From Planctomycetia bacterium (lineage in GTDB: Bacteria; Planctomycetota; Planctomycetia; Pirellulales; UBA1268), in contig JBJTOU010000200.1 of the NCBI GenBank assembly GCA_046074725.1, positions 1 through 56,801 on the forward strand: a stretch of 56,801 bases of DNA, written 5' to 3'. How positions within the stretch are numbered: position 1 is the stretch's first letter; each line of letters begins with the position of its first letter. Made by a program: the position numbers and the translations under genes. The notes under the pieces are model-generated. The model saw only the letters and a list, made by a program, of their open reading frames with translations, searched no databases and had not been told where the DNA came from. This document shows, piece after piece, positions 17,691 to 28,531 of this stretch.

Positions 17691-18259
17691 TGACGAACCC
17701 TTCCCGAGCGCCTGGAAAACTCCTGGAAAACGTGTCGCTCGTCGCCTGCGGGGCGGCGCTGGTGATGACCGGGATCGGCATCGGTCGCGGCAGCATGCCG
17801 CCTGGGCATCCGCTTCCCACGGCGCGGGCGATCACGTCGTTGGCCGACGACTCGTTCGCGGTCTGCACGGCAACCGTCGACATGGCCAACGGCATCGAAG
17901 GATTGTTCGTGCTCGATTTCGAGACGGGCGACCTCACCGGGGGCGTTCTCAACGCCGGATCTTCGACGTTCACTTCCTCCTACAAGTGGAACGTGCTCAA
18001 CGATCTCGGATTCCAGCCCGGCCAGGCGAAGAACCCGCGATTTCTCCTCGTGGCTGGCCAAGCCGAGCTTCGTGCCAATCCGCGCATCGGGCGGAGGCCA
18101 CTGGCCCGGTCAGTCCTCTACGTGACCGACTGCTCCACCGGCGCGACGGCCGCCTATGGCATTCCCTGGGCCGCGCAGCAGTCGACGGCGACCGGGCTCG
18201 TCATGAGTGAACTCGTGCTCCTGGACGTCGCACGGCCACGGGGACCGGCGGTGCCGTGA
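17687..18259 (+). CDS. Hypothetical exported protein
   Basis: Hydrophobic N-terminus, EGLFVLDFETGDLTG segment; overlaps both neighbours (ATGA, GTGA). Confidence 0.75.
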   Translation: MMTNPSRAPGKLLENVSLVACGAALVMTGIGIGRGSMPPGHPLPTARAITSLADDSFAVCTATVDMANGIEGLFVLDFETGDLTGGVLNAGSSTFTSSYKWNVLNDLGFQPGQAKNPRFLLVAGQAELRANPRIGRRPLARSVLYVTDCSTGATAAYGIPWAAQQSTATGLVMSELVLLDVARPRGPAVP

Positions 18260-18504
18260 TCGAGATGCCGTTCAACTCCTCGGAACCAGCTCCGGGCGGT
18301 CTGTGCGTGCTGGCAGTCAATGGCCAACGACGGGATGTCCCGATCGGCTCCACGGCACTCGACGTGGTGCGAGGGCTCGGTCTCGAGGGGAGGCCGATGG
18401 CGGTCGAAGTGAACAACCGGGTCGTTCCCCGGGCTGATTTGGGACGGTGTATGCTGTCCTCCGGAGACCGTCTGGAAGTCGTCACGCTCGTGGGTGGCGG
18501 CTGA
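18256..18504 (+). CDS. thiS: Sulfur carrier protein ThiS
   Basis: VNG...AVEVNNRVVPR...GDRLEVVTLVGGG with C-terminal GG; directly upstream of thiG. Confidence 0.93.
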   Translation: MIEMPFNSSEPAPGGLCVLAVNGQRRDVPIGSTALDVVRGLGLEGRPMAVEVNNRVVPRADLGRCMLSSGDRLEVVTLVGGG

Positions 18505-18543
18505 TCCGGCCGGCCACGCCGTTCCCGTGACCCACGTCCAGCC

Positions 18544-19386
18544 ATGATCGAATCCGTCGATTCCACCCCTGCCGCCGACACGCTCCGCGTCGGAGGGATC
18601 ACGCTTACCAGCCGGCTCGTGGTCGGCACCGGCAAGTATGCGACGTATGCCGACATGGCCCGTTGCCTCGAAGCCACCGGCGCCGACTGTGTGACGGTGG
18701 CGGTGCGGCGGGAGCGGCTCGTGAACGCCGCCGGCGAAAACATCCTCGATCATCTCGACCCCTCCCGATACACGCTGCTGCCCAACACGGCCGGGTGTTA
18801 TTCGGCCGATGACGCCGTGCGGGTCGCCCGCCTCGGACGGGAACTGCTTCGCGATCTCGGCAACCAGGGAGCCGAATGGGTGAAGCTGGAGGTGCTCGGT
18901 GACCGTAAGACGTTGCTCCCCGATCCGGTGGGGACGCTCGAAGCCACGGCGCGGCTCGTCGAGGATGGATTCACCGTGCTCGTCTACACCAGCGATGATC
19001 CGGTCGTCGCCCGGCGGCTGAAGGAGCTCGGCGCCGCCAGCGTGATGCCCGCCGGCAGCCCGATCGGGTCGGGCCAGGGGATCCTCAATCCCAACAACCT
19101 GCGCATCTGCATGGAATACCTGAAGGATGGCGACCCCGGCTATCCGGTGATCGTCGATGCCGGCGTGGGCACGGCCAGCGACGTCGCCGAGGCGATGGAA
19201 CTGGGCGTCGATGGAGTGCTGCTCAATACGGCGATTGCCCATGCCGCCGATCCGCTGCGGATGGCGCGGGCGATGAAGGCCGCTTGCCACGCCGGCCGCG
19301 ATGCGTTTCTTGCCGGCCGCATGCCGCGGCGGCTCTATGCGACGGCTTCGAGCCCCGACGAGGGCGTCCTTGGCGGAGGCCGGTGA
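18544..19386 (+). CDS. thiG: Thiazole synthase
   Basis: [35 protein letters not shown] and DAGVGTASD motifs. Confidence 0.97.
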   Translation: MIESVDSTPAADTLRVGGITLTSRLVVGTGKYATYADMARCLEATGADCVTVAVRRERLVNAAGENILDHLDPSRYTLLPNTAGCYSADDAVRVARLGRELLRDLGNQGAEWVKLEVLGDRKTLLPDPVGTLEATARLVEDGFTVLVYTSDDPVVARRLKELGAASVMPAGSPIGSGQGILNPNNLRICMEYLKDGDPGYPVIVDAGVGTASDVAEAMELGVDGVLLNTAIAHAADPLRMARAMKAACHAGRDAFLAGRMPRRLYATASSPDEGVLGGGR

Positions 19387-20186
19387 TGCTGGCCCGACGA
19401 ATCATCCCCTGCCTCGATGTGGAGAAGGGTCGCGTCGTGAAGGGGACGCGGTTCCTCGAACTCGTCGATGCCGGCGATCCTGTCGCCGTGGCGGCGCGGT
19501 ACGAAGCCGAGGGGGCCGACGAACTGGTCTTCCTCGACATCACCGCCAGCCACGAGGGGCGGGCGATCATGCTCGACGTGGTGCGGCGGGTCGCCGAGAC
19601 GATCTTCATGCCCTTTACCGTCGGTGGAGGCATCCGCACGCTCGACGACGCCGTGCAACTGGTCCATGCCGGCGCGGAGAAGGTGAGCATCAACTCGGCG
19701 GCGGTGAGGACGCCGGGCCTGGTCTCGGCGGTCGCCGACCGCCTCGGCAGCTGCGCGACCGTCGTCAACATCGACCCCAAGCGTGTCGTCCGCGACGGCC
19801 GCGAAACGTGGGAGGTGTTCGTCAACGGCGGACGGGTGCCGACCGGACTCGAGGCGGTCGCATGGGCCCGGCAGGTCGAGCGGCTCGGGGCTGGTGAAAT
19901 CGTGCTGACCTGCATGGATCGCGACGGGACCCGCGATGGCTACGACCTTGACATCACGGCCGCGGTGAGCCGGGCCGTTGGGATTCCCGTGGTGGCCAGC
20001 GGGGGAGCCGGGCGGCCGGAGCACCTCGCCGACGCCATCGAGATGGGCGGGGCCGACGCGGCGCTGGCCGCTGGAATCTTCCACTTCGGAGAGTGTACGA
20101 TCCGGCAGGTGAAGGAACTCTTCCAGGCACGCGGGATTCCCGTTCGTCCCGCCCAGAAGCATGGCAACGCTCGACCCCACGACTGA
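19386..20186 (+). CDS. hisF: Imidazole glycerol phosphate synthase cyclase subunit
   Basis: [42 protein letters not shown] and [10 protein letters not shown] motifs. Confidence 0.97.
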   Translation: MLARRIIPCLDVEKGRVVKGTRFLELVDAGDPVAVAARYEAEGADELVFLDITASHEGRAIMLDVVRRVAETIFMPFTVGGGIRTLDDAVQLVHAGAEKVSINSAAVRTPGLVSAVADRLGSCATVVNIDPKRVVRDGRETWEVFVNGGRVPTGLEAVAWARQVERLGAGEIVLTCMDRDGTRDGYDLDITAAVSRAVGIPVVASGGAGRPEHLADAIEMGGADAALAAGIFHFGECTIRQVKELFQARGIPVRPAQKHGNARPHD

Positions 20187-21330
20187 ATCGTCCACGCCGG
20201 TGGAGCCGACTCCCCAGCCGGCCGCCGTCGCGAAGCCGGCTGCCGCCGGCCTCGAAATCGACCGCCTCTTCGAGGCGATGGTGAAGCTCAATGGCAGCGA
20301 TCTCCATCTCAAGGTCGATAAGCCGCCCTACATGCGGGTGAAGGGGGCGCTCGCGCCGCTGAAGTATCCCCCGATCGACTCCGAGCAGATGAAGCGGCTG
20401 CTCTTGCCGATGATGAACGAGCGTCATCAAAAGATCTTCGAGACCGAGGGGGGTGCCGACTTCGCCTATTCCTGCGTCGTCGACGGCGTGCGGTGGCGGT
20501 TCCGCATCAACATGCTGACCCAGCAGGGCCGTTGGGGCCTGGTGGCCCGGCGCGTGAACAACACGATCCCCGACTTCGAGAAGCTCTTCCTGCCCCCGGC
20601 GATCGAGCGGCTCTGCCAGCTCGATCAGGGGATGGTGCTGCTCGCGGGCGTGACGGGCTCCGGCAAGAGCACCACGATCGGCTCGATGCTCAATTACATC
20701 AACCGCAACTACCGCAAGCACATCCTCACGCTCGAGGACCCGATCGAATTCGTCTTCACGGAAGACAAGTGCCTGATCAATCAACGCGAGATCGGCAACG
20801 ACGTCAAAAACTTCGAGATCGGCATGAAGCACGCGGTCCGCGAGGATCCCGACATCATCCTCGTCGGCGAGCTTCGTGACGTGGAAACCTTCAAGACGGC
20901 GATTCATGCCGCCGAGACGGGACACCTCGTGTTCGGCACGATCCATGCCGCGACCGCCCCGAGCACGGTGACCCGCATCCTCGACCTGTTCCCGCAGGAG
21001 GAGCATGCCTCCATCCGCAGTGCCATCGCCTTCAACATGAAGGGCATCGTGGCCCAGAAATTGCTCAAGTCGATCCGCCCCGGCGTGAGCCGCGTGCCGG
21101 TAGTCGAACTGATGTTCTTCGACCCGCTGGTGCGGAAGTACGTGCTGGAGGGCGAGGACCACCTGCTGGCGGACCACATCAAGAAATCGGTGCGCGACGG
21201 CATGCAGGATTTCACGATGAGCCTCAAGAGCCTCATCGACCAAGGGCTCATCGACCGTAACGACGCGCTCGAAATCGCCCCCAACCGCGAGGCGCTGACG
21301 ATGGCCCTCAAGGGCATCGGGGTCACGTGA
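20161..21330 (+). CDS. pilT: Type IV pilus retraction ATPase PilT/PilU
   Basis: SDLHLK, Walker [32 protein letters not shown] and [12 protein letters not shown]. Confidence 0.9.
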   Translation: MATLDPTTESSTPVEPTPQPAAVAKPAAAGLEIDRLFEAMVKLNGSDLHLKVDKPPYMRVKGALAPLKYPPIDSEQMKRLLLPMMNERHQKIFETEGGADFAYSCVVDGVRWRFRINMLTQQGRWGLVARRVNNTIPDFEKLFLPPAIERLCQLDQGMVLLAGVTGSGKSTTIGSMLNYINRNYRKHILTLEDPIEFVFTEDKCLINQREIGNDVKNFEIGMKHAVREDPDIILVGELRDVETFKTAIHAAETGHLVFGTIHAATAPSTVTRILDLFPQEEHASIRSAIAFNMKGIVAQKLLKSIRPGVSRVPVVELMFFDPLVRKYVLEGEDHLLADHIKKSVRDGMQDFTMSLKSLIDQGLIDRNDALEIAPNREALTMALKGIGVT

Positions 21331-23210
21331 TGGATGGATGGCGAAACGGCACGTCGCGGAGGCTCCTTGGAGCGGCGATCGGTTGTGCGGCGACCATTGC
21401 CGCCCGGCCGGCGGTGGCCGAGGGATGGCCGGCGATCGCACCGGCCGAGTTCTCGCGCGGCGCCGGCGGCGGTCTGGCGATCATCCCGGTCGCCTGCTGG
21501 TGGCTCCTGACGCTCGGATGGGTCTTCACCACCGACTGGCTTTCGCGGGACAGCGTCCGCCGCGGATTCGCCCCGGCGGTCTGGGGGCCGGTCGCGGCCC
21601 TTTCCTTTCCGATCCTGGCGCTGATCGCCTGGTGGATTCCGTGGACGTGGGCGGCCTTGGTGCTCACGACCCTGGCATGGCTGGTGCCCGTGTTGTCCTA
21701 CGTCTTCACCCGCAATCCCAAGGTGCACGGCTCCGAGCGAGTCCTCACGGTGGGCCACGTGAAGCGACTCGTGGCGCCTCTGTTCGAGCGGTTCGGCGTG
21801 GAAATCGAGACGATGGACGACACGGGGGACGACCTGCTGCCGACGGTGCACATTCGGACCACGGCAGGTGGCGACCCACACTCCGATCCTTCGGTGATGG
21901 AGCGGCTGACCACCGCGGCCGCGGCCATCAGCAAGGCGCTTGCCGATCCCAACCGGATCAACGAGGGCTACACGGCGGCCTGTGGCGTCATGCAAGGAGC
22001 GGTGGCTGCGCGTGCCGGGCGGATCCGGCTCGACGTCGCGCCCAGCGCGGTGAACCTGCACCACTTCCTGGATGGGATCTGGCTGAAGCCGCGGGTGATG
22101 ACGGCCCGCGGGTCGAAGAAGCTGCCGGAACAGTGGGCCGATGCACCGCCGCTCGCTCGCCCCGCGGCGGACACTGTGATCGTCATCCTCAAGGGAATGG
22201 CCGGCATCGACGCCCGCCGCAAGGGACCGCAGCGGGGTTCCTTTCTGATCGATGTCGATGGGAAGCCGCGGCCATGCACATTGGTCGTGCAAACGGCTCC
22301 GACCGGAGAGCACGTTGAGATCGAGATCGATTCGAAGCCCGCGTCGATGAAGGGCTGTGCCGACATCGGCATGCCCCCAGCGTTGATCGACCGCCTCTCC
22401 GAACTGCTGGGGCTCGAGAAGGGGGTGCTGCTGCTCTCCTCGCCTCCCGCCTCGGGGCTCTCCACGACGTTCGACATCGTCGTGGGAATGACCGATCGCC
22501 TGATGCGCGACTTCATTTCGATCGAAGACGCGGCCGCGCCGGCAGTCGAGATTCAGAACGTCAAGCCGATCCGCTACGACACAAAGGCGGAGCAGACGCC
22601 GCTTTCGGTGCTCGCCAAGGCCCTCCTCGATTATCCGGCGGCGGTCATCACGCGCGACCTGCGTGAGCCCGCGCTCGGGGTCGAACTCGTCCGACTCGCC
22701 GACGAGGAGAAGTTCGTCGTCATCAGTCTCAAGGGGTCCGACGCCATCGACGCGATATCACGGCTCGTCGGCTGCAAGGTGCCGACCGACCAACTCGGCC
22801 GCAGCCTGCTCGGCTCGCTTTCGCAGCGGCTGGTGCGGAAGCTGTGCCCGAAATGCCGGACGGGGGTTCAGCCGTCGCCGAAACAGCTGACACTCCTCAA
22901 AAAGAAGCCCGAGCAGCTTCAGCAGATCTTTCGCGCATCACAGCAAGGCTGCCGTCTCTGCCACGGCCACGGCTACCTCGGCCGTACCGCCGTCTTCGAA
23001 CTCGCCTCCGGCCCCACCGTTCGGAAGGCGATCGCCGCGAAGGCCGATCCGCAGACGATCCGCAAGGCGGCGATCCAGGATGGGATGGTGACGCTGCAGG
23101 ATGCCGCGCTGGCGCTGGTCTCCGAGGGTGTGATATCTTTCGAGGAAGTGCAGCGGGTGTTCGCCGCGCCCGCGGTCAAAAAGCCGGCAAACGGAGGGGC
23201 ACGATCATGA
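21327..23210 (+). CDS. Membrane-anchored PilB/GspE-like protein with degenerate ATPase motifs
   Basis: N-terminal TM helices, C-terminal QRLVRKLCPKC...CRLCHGHGYLGRTAVFE. Walker A reads SPPASGLST. Confidence 0.85.
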   Translation: MMDGWRNGTSRRLLGAAIGCAATIAARPAVAEGWPAIAPAEFSRGAGGGLAIIPVACWWLLTLGWVFTTDWLSRDSVRRGFAPAVWGPVAALSFPILALIAWWIPWTWAALVLTTLAWLVPVLSYVFTRNPKVHGSERVLTVGHVKRLVAPLFERFGVEIETMDDTGDDLLPTVHIRTTAGGDPHSDPSVMERLTTAAAAISKALADPNRINEGYTAACGVMQGAVAARAGRIRLDVAPSAVNLHHFLDGIWLKPRVMTARGSKKLPEQWADAPPLARPAADTVIVILKGMAGIDARRKGPQRGSFLIDVDGKPRPCTLVVQTAPTGEHVEIEIDSKPASMKGCADIGMPPALIDRLSELLGLEKGVLLLSSPPASGLSTTFDIVVGMTDRLMRDFISIEDAAAPAVEIQNVKPIRYDTKAEQTPLSVLAKALLDYPAAVITRDLREPALGVELVRLADEEKFVVISLKGSDAIDAISRLVGCKVPTDQLGRSLLGSLSQRLVRKLCPKCRTGVQPSPKQLTLLKKKPEQLQQIFRASQQGCRLCHGHGYLGRTAVFELASGPTVRKAIAAKADPQTIRKAAIQDGMVTLQDAALALVSEGVISFEEVQRVFAAPAVKKPANGGARS

Positions 23211-23788
23211 TCACCCTGCTCCTGCTCGGCGTGCTGGTCGCGACAGCCGGCCTCTTCTTTCGCGATGGCCTTTGGACCGCGCTGGTGGCCGTGGCCAACG
23301 TGCTTCTCGCCGCTACGCTCGCCACGGCATGGTACGAGTGGCCCGCGGGACTCCTGGAGCAGGCCCTCCCTTCGATCGGCTCCTTCGCCGATTTCCTCTG
23401 CATTTGGCTTCTGTTCGCGGCCATTCTCGGCGCCGCAGGTGAAGCGACCATCCGCATGTCGCGGACGCGGGTGATGTTCCCCGGCCACGTCGATCGTTGT
23501 GGCGCTCCCATCGCGGGGCTCATCGCCGGGTGGATCATGGTCTGCTTCACGGCGATGACGCTCCACCTCGCGCCCGTCACCCGAGACCTCATTCAGCCCA
23601 CCCCCGAGTCGCGGCTCTTTCTGGGCTTCGCCCCCGACCGCACATGGGTGAGCTTCATGCGACACGCCACCCGCCGAGGTCCGTTTTCCAACCCCGGCGA
23701 GGACGAGGCCAACGTGTTCGACAAGGGCGAGGATTTCATCGTGCGGCATGCAGATCGTCGCAAGAAGCTCGAGGGAGGATCGCCATAG
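23207..23788 (+). CDS. CvpA-like membrane protein
   Basis: About 4 TM helices, RDGLW...A(T)AWYEW and DRCGAPIAGLIAG pattern. ATGA overlap. Confidence 0.7.
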   Translation: MITLLLLGVLVATAGLFFRDGLWTALVAVANVLLAATLATAWYEWPAGLLEQALPSIGSFADFLCIWLLFAAILGAAGEATIRMSRTRVMFPGHVDRCGAPIAGLIAGWIMVCFTAMTLHLAPVTRDLIQPTPESRLFLGFAPDRTWVSFMRHATRRGPFSNPGEDEANVFDKGEDFIVRHADRRKKLEGGSP

Positions 23789-24408
23789 TGGAAAGCCTCA
23801 TGAGTTCGCCGCCTGAAGATTCGGGCGGCTATCGACCCGTCAGCGCGGTCGCGGTGGCGGCCCTCGTGGCGGGGATCATCTCGGCGGCGTCGCTGGTAAG
23901 CCCCTTCTTTTGGGTCCTGCCTTTGATCGCCATCGGCCTCGCCTGGCTGGGGCTGGCCGATGTGTCCCGTCCAGGCGGGGAGAAGGCCGGCCGAGCGGCG
24001 GCCCTCATCGGCCTGGCGCTCGCGATCGGCTTCGGCGCCCAGGCGGTGTCATCGACGGCGGCGCGTCATTGGATCTTGTCGTCGCGGGCACGCTCGGCAG
24101 CGCTGCTGTGGGTTGAAGCCCTGCGGGAAGGCCGGATCGACGACGCCAAAAACATGTGCCTGGCCGGCGCCGTGAACCAGCTCGAGCAGTTCTCCACGAG
24201 GCTCACAGCCTGCGGGGCTGGAAGCAAAGCCCACACAGCGGATGTCGGCCGCAACGACGAAATACCGGAACAGTGGCTGGTGCACGTCGTCGTTGAGCCA
24301 TGCCCATCCGGCTCCATCGATCTCGATGTCCACGTCGCATCGGAGTTGGCCACCGGCCAGGAAGGCCGGCTCGAACGCTGGAAAGTAGTGAAGTGTGACT
24401 CGCGATGA
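23788..24408 (+). CDS. Membrane protein (DUF4190-like N-terminus)
   Basis: YRPVSAVAVAALVAG...GRAAALIGLAL TM pattern. TAGTG coupling; alternative ATG at 23800. Confidence 0.7.
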   Translation: MESLMSSPPEDSGGYRPVSAVAVAALVAGIISAASLVSPFFWVLPLIAIGLAWLGLADVSRPGGEKAGRAAALIGLALAIGFGAQAVSSTAARHWILSSRARSAALLWVEALREGRIDDAKNMCLAGAVNQLEQFSTRLTACGAGSKAHTADVGRNDEIPEQWLVHVVVEPCPSGSIDLDVHVASELATGQEGRLERWKVVKCDSR

Positions 24409-24457
24409 GTTCTCGCGTTTCTCCGATCCACAAGGCACTCGATAGGACGGCCCGGCT

Positions 24458-24523
24458 TCGGGGGCGGTGAACGCCTCAGCTTCGAAGGGCGAGGATACGC
24501 CCACTCGCCTCGACGTCCCCCGA
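24458..24523 (+). repeat. Small stem-enclosed element carrying a GGA-loop hairpin (GGGCG-AGGATA-CGCCC)
   Basis: Outer TCGGGGG/CCCCCGA pair. Inner hairpin at 24487-24502 is preceded by CGAA, as in the main element. Confidence 0.5.
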
Positions 24524-24576
24524 CCCCCTGCGCCTTCCACAGGTTCGTTCTTGAATATGGTTCGCGGATCCAGCGA

Positions 24577-24708
24577 GGGGCCGCCCATGCCCTGGAGCCG
24601 GCGTAGGTGGCCAGCGCAGCCCGGAGGGCGAGAGCGCAGCCACCTCCGAGTAAGCGAAGGGCATGGATGCCCGTAGCGAACGTCCGGCGAGAGGGCGTGG
24701 GCAGCCCC
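24577..24708 (+). ncRNA. Structured dispersed element, copy 2
   Basis: Same scaffold as copy 1 with inner stem AGGTGGC/GCCACCT and hairpins GCCC-GGA-GGGC and GGGC-ATGGAT-GCCC. Confidence 0.7.
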
Positions 24709-24716
24709 GAGCCGCG

Positions 24717-25688
24717 TCAGGCGTCATCAGACGAAAAGGGGCGGATGGCGTCGATCGAATCGGTGCCGGCAGCGAGCATGACGAGCCGGTCGAAGCCGAG
24801 CGCCGCACCGATGCCGTCGGGCATCCCGACCCCATGGGCGTCGAGGAGCCGGGCCGGAATTGGAAGCCGGCTGCGGCCGTCAGCGACGCGGACCCTGTTG
24901 GCGGCGTCGATCCGATCAGCGAGCACATCGCGGCTCGTCTCTTCCTCCCAGCCATTGGCAAGTTCCACCCCCTCGACGAACAGTTCGAACCGTCGGGCCT
25001 GCCGCCGATCGGCGTGGTCGAGTCGTGCTAACGCCGCCTGCGAGGCGGGCCAGGCCTCGAGCATCGCCGGCCTGCCTCGGCCAAGATTCGGCTGCACGAC
25101 CTCCGCCAGCAATGCCTCGAACCAGCGGTCCCAAAGCGCCGCCCGCGCCGCATCGTCGGCGGGCCGGGCATGATGCGACTCCGGCAGGCGAAGGCCAGCC
25201 CGCCGGCCGGCCGCCATCAGTTCCTCGAGTGTGGACGAAAGGGGGTCGACGGCAGCATGGGCGGCGAAGGCATCGGCGCATGACACCCGTTCGATGCCCG
25301 AGGTGCCGAGCGTGGCGGCACAGAGCCGTTCGAGAATCGTCGCCGTCTCGTCGAGGCCGGTGCCCGGGGCGTACCACTCCAGCAGCACGAACTCGAGGTC
25401 GTGCTGCCGGCCCCGCTCACCGGCACGGAAGGAGCGGGCGAACTGGTAAATCGGGCCCGCGCCGGCCGCCAGCAGCCGCTTCATGAGCGCCTCGGGGCTC
25501 GCCTGCAGGTAGCGCGGCGGCAGGTGGGGGCCACCGACGTGGACGGCCATCGGGTCGATGTGCGCTTCGGGCAGCACCTCCGACGAGATCGTGGGCGTAT
25601 CGACCTCCACGAACCCGGCTCGGTCGAAGACATCGCGAATCCGCGACCGCATCGTGGCACGAAACTCGAGCATCGGTCGTGTCGACAT
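24717..25688 (-). CDS. epmA: EF-P lysine aminoacylase (EpmA/GenX)
   Basis: FVEVDTP, YLQASPEALMKRLLAAG, ARRFELFVEGVELANG and GAALGFDRLVM; LysRS catalytic domain only. Confidence 0.92.
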   Translation of the reverse strand: MSTRPMLEFRATMRSRIRDVFDRAGFVEVDTPTISSEVLPEAHIDPMAVHVGGPHLPPRYLQASPEALMKRLLAAGAGPIYQFARSFRAGERGRQHDLEFVLLEWYAPGTGLDETATILERLCAATLGTSGIERVSCADAFAAHAAVDPLSSTLEELMAAGRRAGLRLPESHHARPADDAARAALWDRWFEALLAEVVQPNLGRGRPAMLEAWPASQAALARLDHADRRQARRFELFVEGVELANGWEEETSRDVLADRIDAANRVRVADGRSRLPIPARLLDAHGVGMPDGIGAALGFDRLVMLAAGTDSIDAIRPFSSDDA

Positions 25689-25735
25689 GAAGTGTCCTTG
25701 CGCGGCCGTGCGATGAGGCATCGGCCGTCACTCGA

Positions 25736-26197
25736 TCAGAGCGAGAGCGCCGGTTTCTTGGCCGAGAGTTTTTCGGCCGTCTCACGGTAGATGAGCACCG
25801 GGCAGGGCGCCCGCCTCACGATCGCCTCCGCCACGCTTCCCATGAGGAGCCGCATCATGCCCGTCCGACCATGCGTGCCGAGCACGATCATGTCGGCCTT
25901 CTCTTCGTGGGCGATACGGATGACTTCGGAGGCCGGATCGCCCATCGTGAGCCGGTGCGCGAAGGGAATCGCGTGATCGGCGGGCTTGACGTCTTCGAGC
26001 ATCGCGAGAATCCGCTCCGAACTCGGCTCGGGGATGCCGTAATAGAGTTCACCCCCGCCGTAGGCCAGCGGCGGCTCCTCGACGTGCACGATCAGGAGTC
26101 TTGCGGCCATCGACTTGGCCAGCGCCTCGGCATGCGCCAGCGCGGCATCGCTGGCGAGCGAGAAATCGGTCGGGAAGAGAATCGTTTTCTGTGCCAT
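25736..26197 (-). CDS. Universal stress protein
   Basis: ILFPTDFS and DMIVLGTHGRTG..RLLMGSVAEAIVRRAPCPVL. Confidence 0.95.
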   Translation of the reverse strand: MAQKTILFPTDFSLASDAALAHAEALAKSMAARLLIVHVEEPPLAYGGGELYYGIPEPSSERILAMLEDVKPADHAIPFAHRLTMGDPASEVIRIAHEEKADMIVLGTHGRTGMMRLLMGSVAEAIVRRAPCPVLIYRETAEKLSAKKPALSL

Positions 26198-26286
26198 CGC
26201 AGGTACTCCGGTGGAGAAGGCATCCTCGCACGGAAACGTCCATCCGTCGCAATCCTACCGGCTCGTGGGTCCTGCTGTCCGATCAA

Positions 26287-28371
26287 TCAATGCAGCCGCA
26301 TGCCCGGAAGGGCACCCGAATCGGGGGAAAGCAGAAAGACACCTGGGCTGCCGGCGCCGCTGGCGGCCACCACCATCCCTTCGCTGAGTCCGAACTTCAT
26401 CTGCCGCGGCGCGAGGTTTGCAACCACGACGACGAGCCGGCCGACCAGTGCCCCCGGCTCGTGAAAACCCTTGATGCCGGCGAACACGGTGCGGATCGTG
26501 TCGCCACCGAGGCTCACTGTGAGCTTGAGCAATTTCTTCGCCTCGGGCACCTCCTCCGCGGCGGTGATCCGCGCAACGCGGAGATCGACTTTCCCAAAGT
26601 CGTCGATGGTGCACTCGGGTGCGAGCGGTTCGGCGGCAAGCGGCTCGGCCGGGTCGGCATGGGGACCAGTCATGGCGGTGGATCCTTTCTGTGAGGACGA
26701 CGGGAACATGTCTTGCTCTGGCCGGGACGCGGCAAGCATGGATTCGATCTGGGGCGGCTCGACCCGCCGCATGAGCGGAACGAAGGCGGCGACGGGAAGG
26801 CCGGCCAGGGGACGCTGCGACTCGTCCCACGAGCGGATCGGGCCACCGACAAGGCGGCCCGCCTGTTCCGCGAGGCCGGGAAGCACCGGCGCGAGGAAGA
26901 TGGCGATCTGTCGAAAGAGATTGATCGCGACGCTCACCACGTCTCGGAGCCTGGATGCAGCGTCGGGCCCGGCCTTGGCGAGCTTCCACGGCTGCTCGGC
27001 ATCGACGTAGGCATTGGCCCGATCGGCGGCGAGCATGATCGTCCGCATCGCACGGGCGAAATCGCATGCCTCATACGCCGCCGCGATCTCCTCGCCTTCG
27101 GCGGCGGCACGGGCGAACAGACCGCCATCGTCGGGATAACCGGGGGCGAGCCCTGTGGCTTCGAGCCAGCGGGCGGTACGGCTGGCAAGGTTCACCACCT
27201 TGCCGACGAGGTCGGCGTTGACCTTCGTGGCGAACTCCTCGAGGTTGAGGTCGATGTCGTCGATGCCGCCGGAGAGTTTGCTGGCGTAGTAGTAGCGGAG
27301 CGCGGAGGGATCGAGGTGTTCGAGGTAGGTCCGCGCCAGCAGGAACGTTCCTCGGCTCTTCGACATCTTCTGACCGTTGACCGTCAGGAAGCCGTGGATG
27401 CGGACCTTCGTCGGAAGGGAAAGCCCCGCCGCCTCGAGCATCGCCGGCCAGAAGAGCGTGTGGAAGTAGGTGATGTCCTTGCCGATGAAGTGATGGATCT
27501 CAGCGGGCGGATCGTTGGCGGAGCCCCGGTGCCACCAGGCGGAAAGGCTCTCGCCATGGACCTCGCACCACTCGCTCGTGGCGGCGATGTAGCCGATGGG
27601 GGCGTCGAACCAGACGTACCAGAAATGCCCGGGCGCATCGGGAATCTCGAAACCGAAATAGGGGGCCGGCCTGGAGACGTCCCAGTCGCGGAGCGACTCG
27701 CCCAGGAAGTGGCCGGCGAGATAGTTGGCGATCCGCGGATCGAGCGCGGCGGACGATCTGGTCCACTCGTCGAGGAACCTGTGCAGTGATTCAATCGTCA
27801 CGAACAGATGCTCGGACGACCGCAGCTCCGGCGTCGCTCCCGACAGCGTGCTCCTCGGATTCACGAGGTCGGTCGGGGCGTAGGTGGCGCCGCACTGCTC
27901 GCAGGAGTCGCCGTATTGATCGGCCGCGGCGCACCTCGGACAGCCCCCGCGAACGAATCGGTCGGCGAGGAAGACACCCGCCTGCGGGTCGTAGAGCTGC
28001 TGCACCTGCCGCGCGACGATGAGCCCGCGGTCGTGGAGGGCCTTCCAGATCTCGCCGCACAGTCTGCGGTTGGCAGGGCTGTCGGTCGAGCCGTAGTGGT
28101 CAAACTCGATCTGGAAACCGGCGAAGTCCGCGAGGTGGGCCCCCCGCATCGCCGCGATCAACTCCTGCTCGCTGCGACCTTCGGCCCTCGCCCGGATCAT
28201 GATCGCCGTACCGTGGGTGTCGTCCGCGCACAGGTAGATGGCCCGGTGGCCTCGGAGCTTCTGGAAGCGGACGAAGATGTCGGTCTGGATGTACTCGACG
28301 AGATGCCCGAGGTGGATGTGGCCGTTGGCGTAGGGCAGGGCCGAGGTGACGAGAATGCGGCGTGCAGGCAT
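26287..28371 (-). CDS. metG: Methionine--tRNA ligase
   Basis: [14 protein letters not shown] (HIGH), Zn knuckle CPRC..CEQC, KMSKS, C-terminal tRNA-binding OB domain. Confidence 0.98.
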   Translation of the reverse strand: MPARRILVTSALPYANGHIHLGHLVEYIQTDIFVRFQKLRGHRAIYLCADDTHGTAIMIRARAEGRSEQELIAAMRGAHLADFAGFQIEFDHYGSTDSPANRRLCGEIWKALHDRGLIVARQVQQLYDPQAGVFLADRFVRGGCPRCAAADQYGDSCEQCGATYAPTDLVNPRSTLSGATPELRSSEHLFVTIESLHRFLDEWTRSSAALDPRIANYLAGHFLGESLRDWDVSRPAPYFGFEIPDAPGHFWYVWFDAPIGYIAATSEWCEVHGESLSAWWHRGSANDPPAEIHHFIGKDITYFHTLFWPAMLEAAGLSLPTKVRIHGFLTVNGQKMSKSRGTFLLARTYLEHLDPSALRYYYASKLSGGIDDIDLNLEEFATKVNADLVGKVVNLASRTARWLEATGLAPGYPDDGGLFARAAAEGEEIAAAYEACDFARAMRTIMLAADRANAYVDAEQPWKLAKAGPDAASRLRDVVSVAINLFRQIAIFLAPVLPGLAEQAGRLVGGPIRSWDESQRPLAGLPVAAFVPLMRRVEPPQIESMLAASRPEQDMFPSSSQKGSTAMTGPHADPAEPLAAEPLAPECTIDDFGKVDLRVARITAAEEVPEAKKLLKLTVSLGGDTIRTVFAGIKGFHEPGALVGRLVVVVANLAPRQMKFGLSEGMVVAASGAGSPGVFLLSPDSGALPGMRLH

Positions 28372-28378
28372 GGGCCGG

Positions 28379-28384
28379 ATTGTA
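28379..28384 (-). promoter_or_regulatory. -10 box TACAAT, 7 nt upstream of the metG ATG (likely leaderless)
   Basis: Minus strand reads TACAAT-CCGGCCC-ATG; no SD. Confidence 0.55.
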
Positions 28385-28531
28385 TGAACCCGCGCGAAAA
28401 GGGGGAAACGGTGTGGAAATGGGGGCAACGAGGCAAGCCGGTGGATGTCGAGCCGGTGGCGAAAGTGATCTTGTGGTGGTGCGGCGCCCCCGGCACCATC
28501 CGCCCCCTCGCAACCGACTTCGGAGTCTTGG

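Noticed and set aside
18256-18504. ThiS as a ubiquitin-like conjugation or defence component
   Set aside because: It is directly followed by thiG and there are no E1, E2 or JAB genes; ordinary thiamine synthesis explains it.
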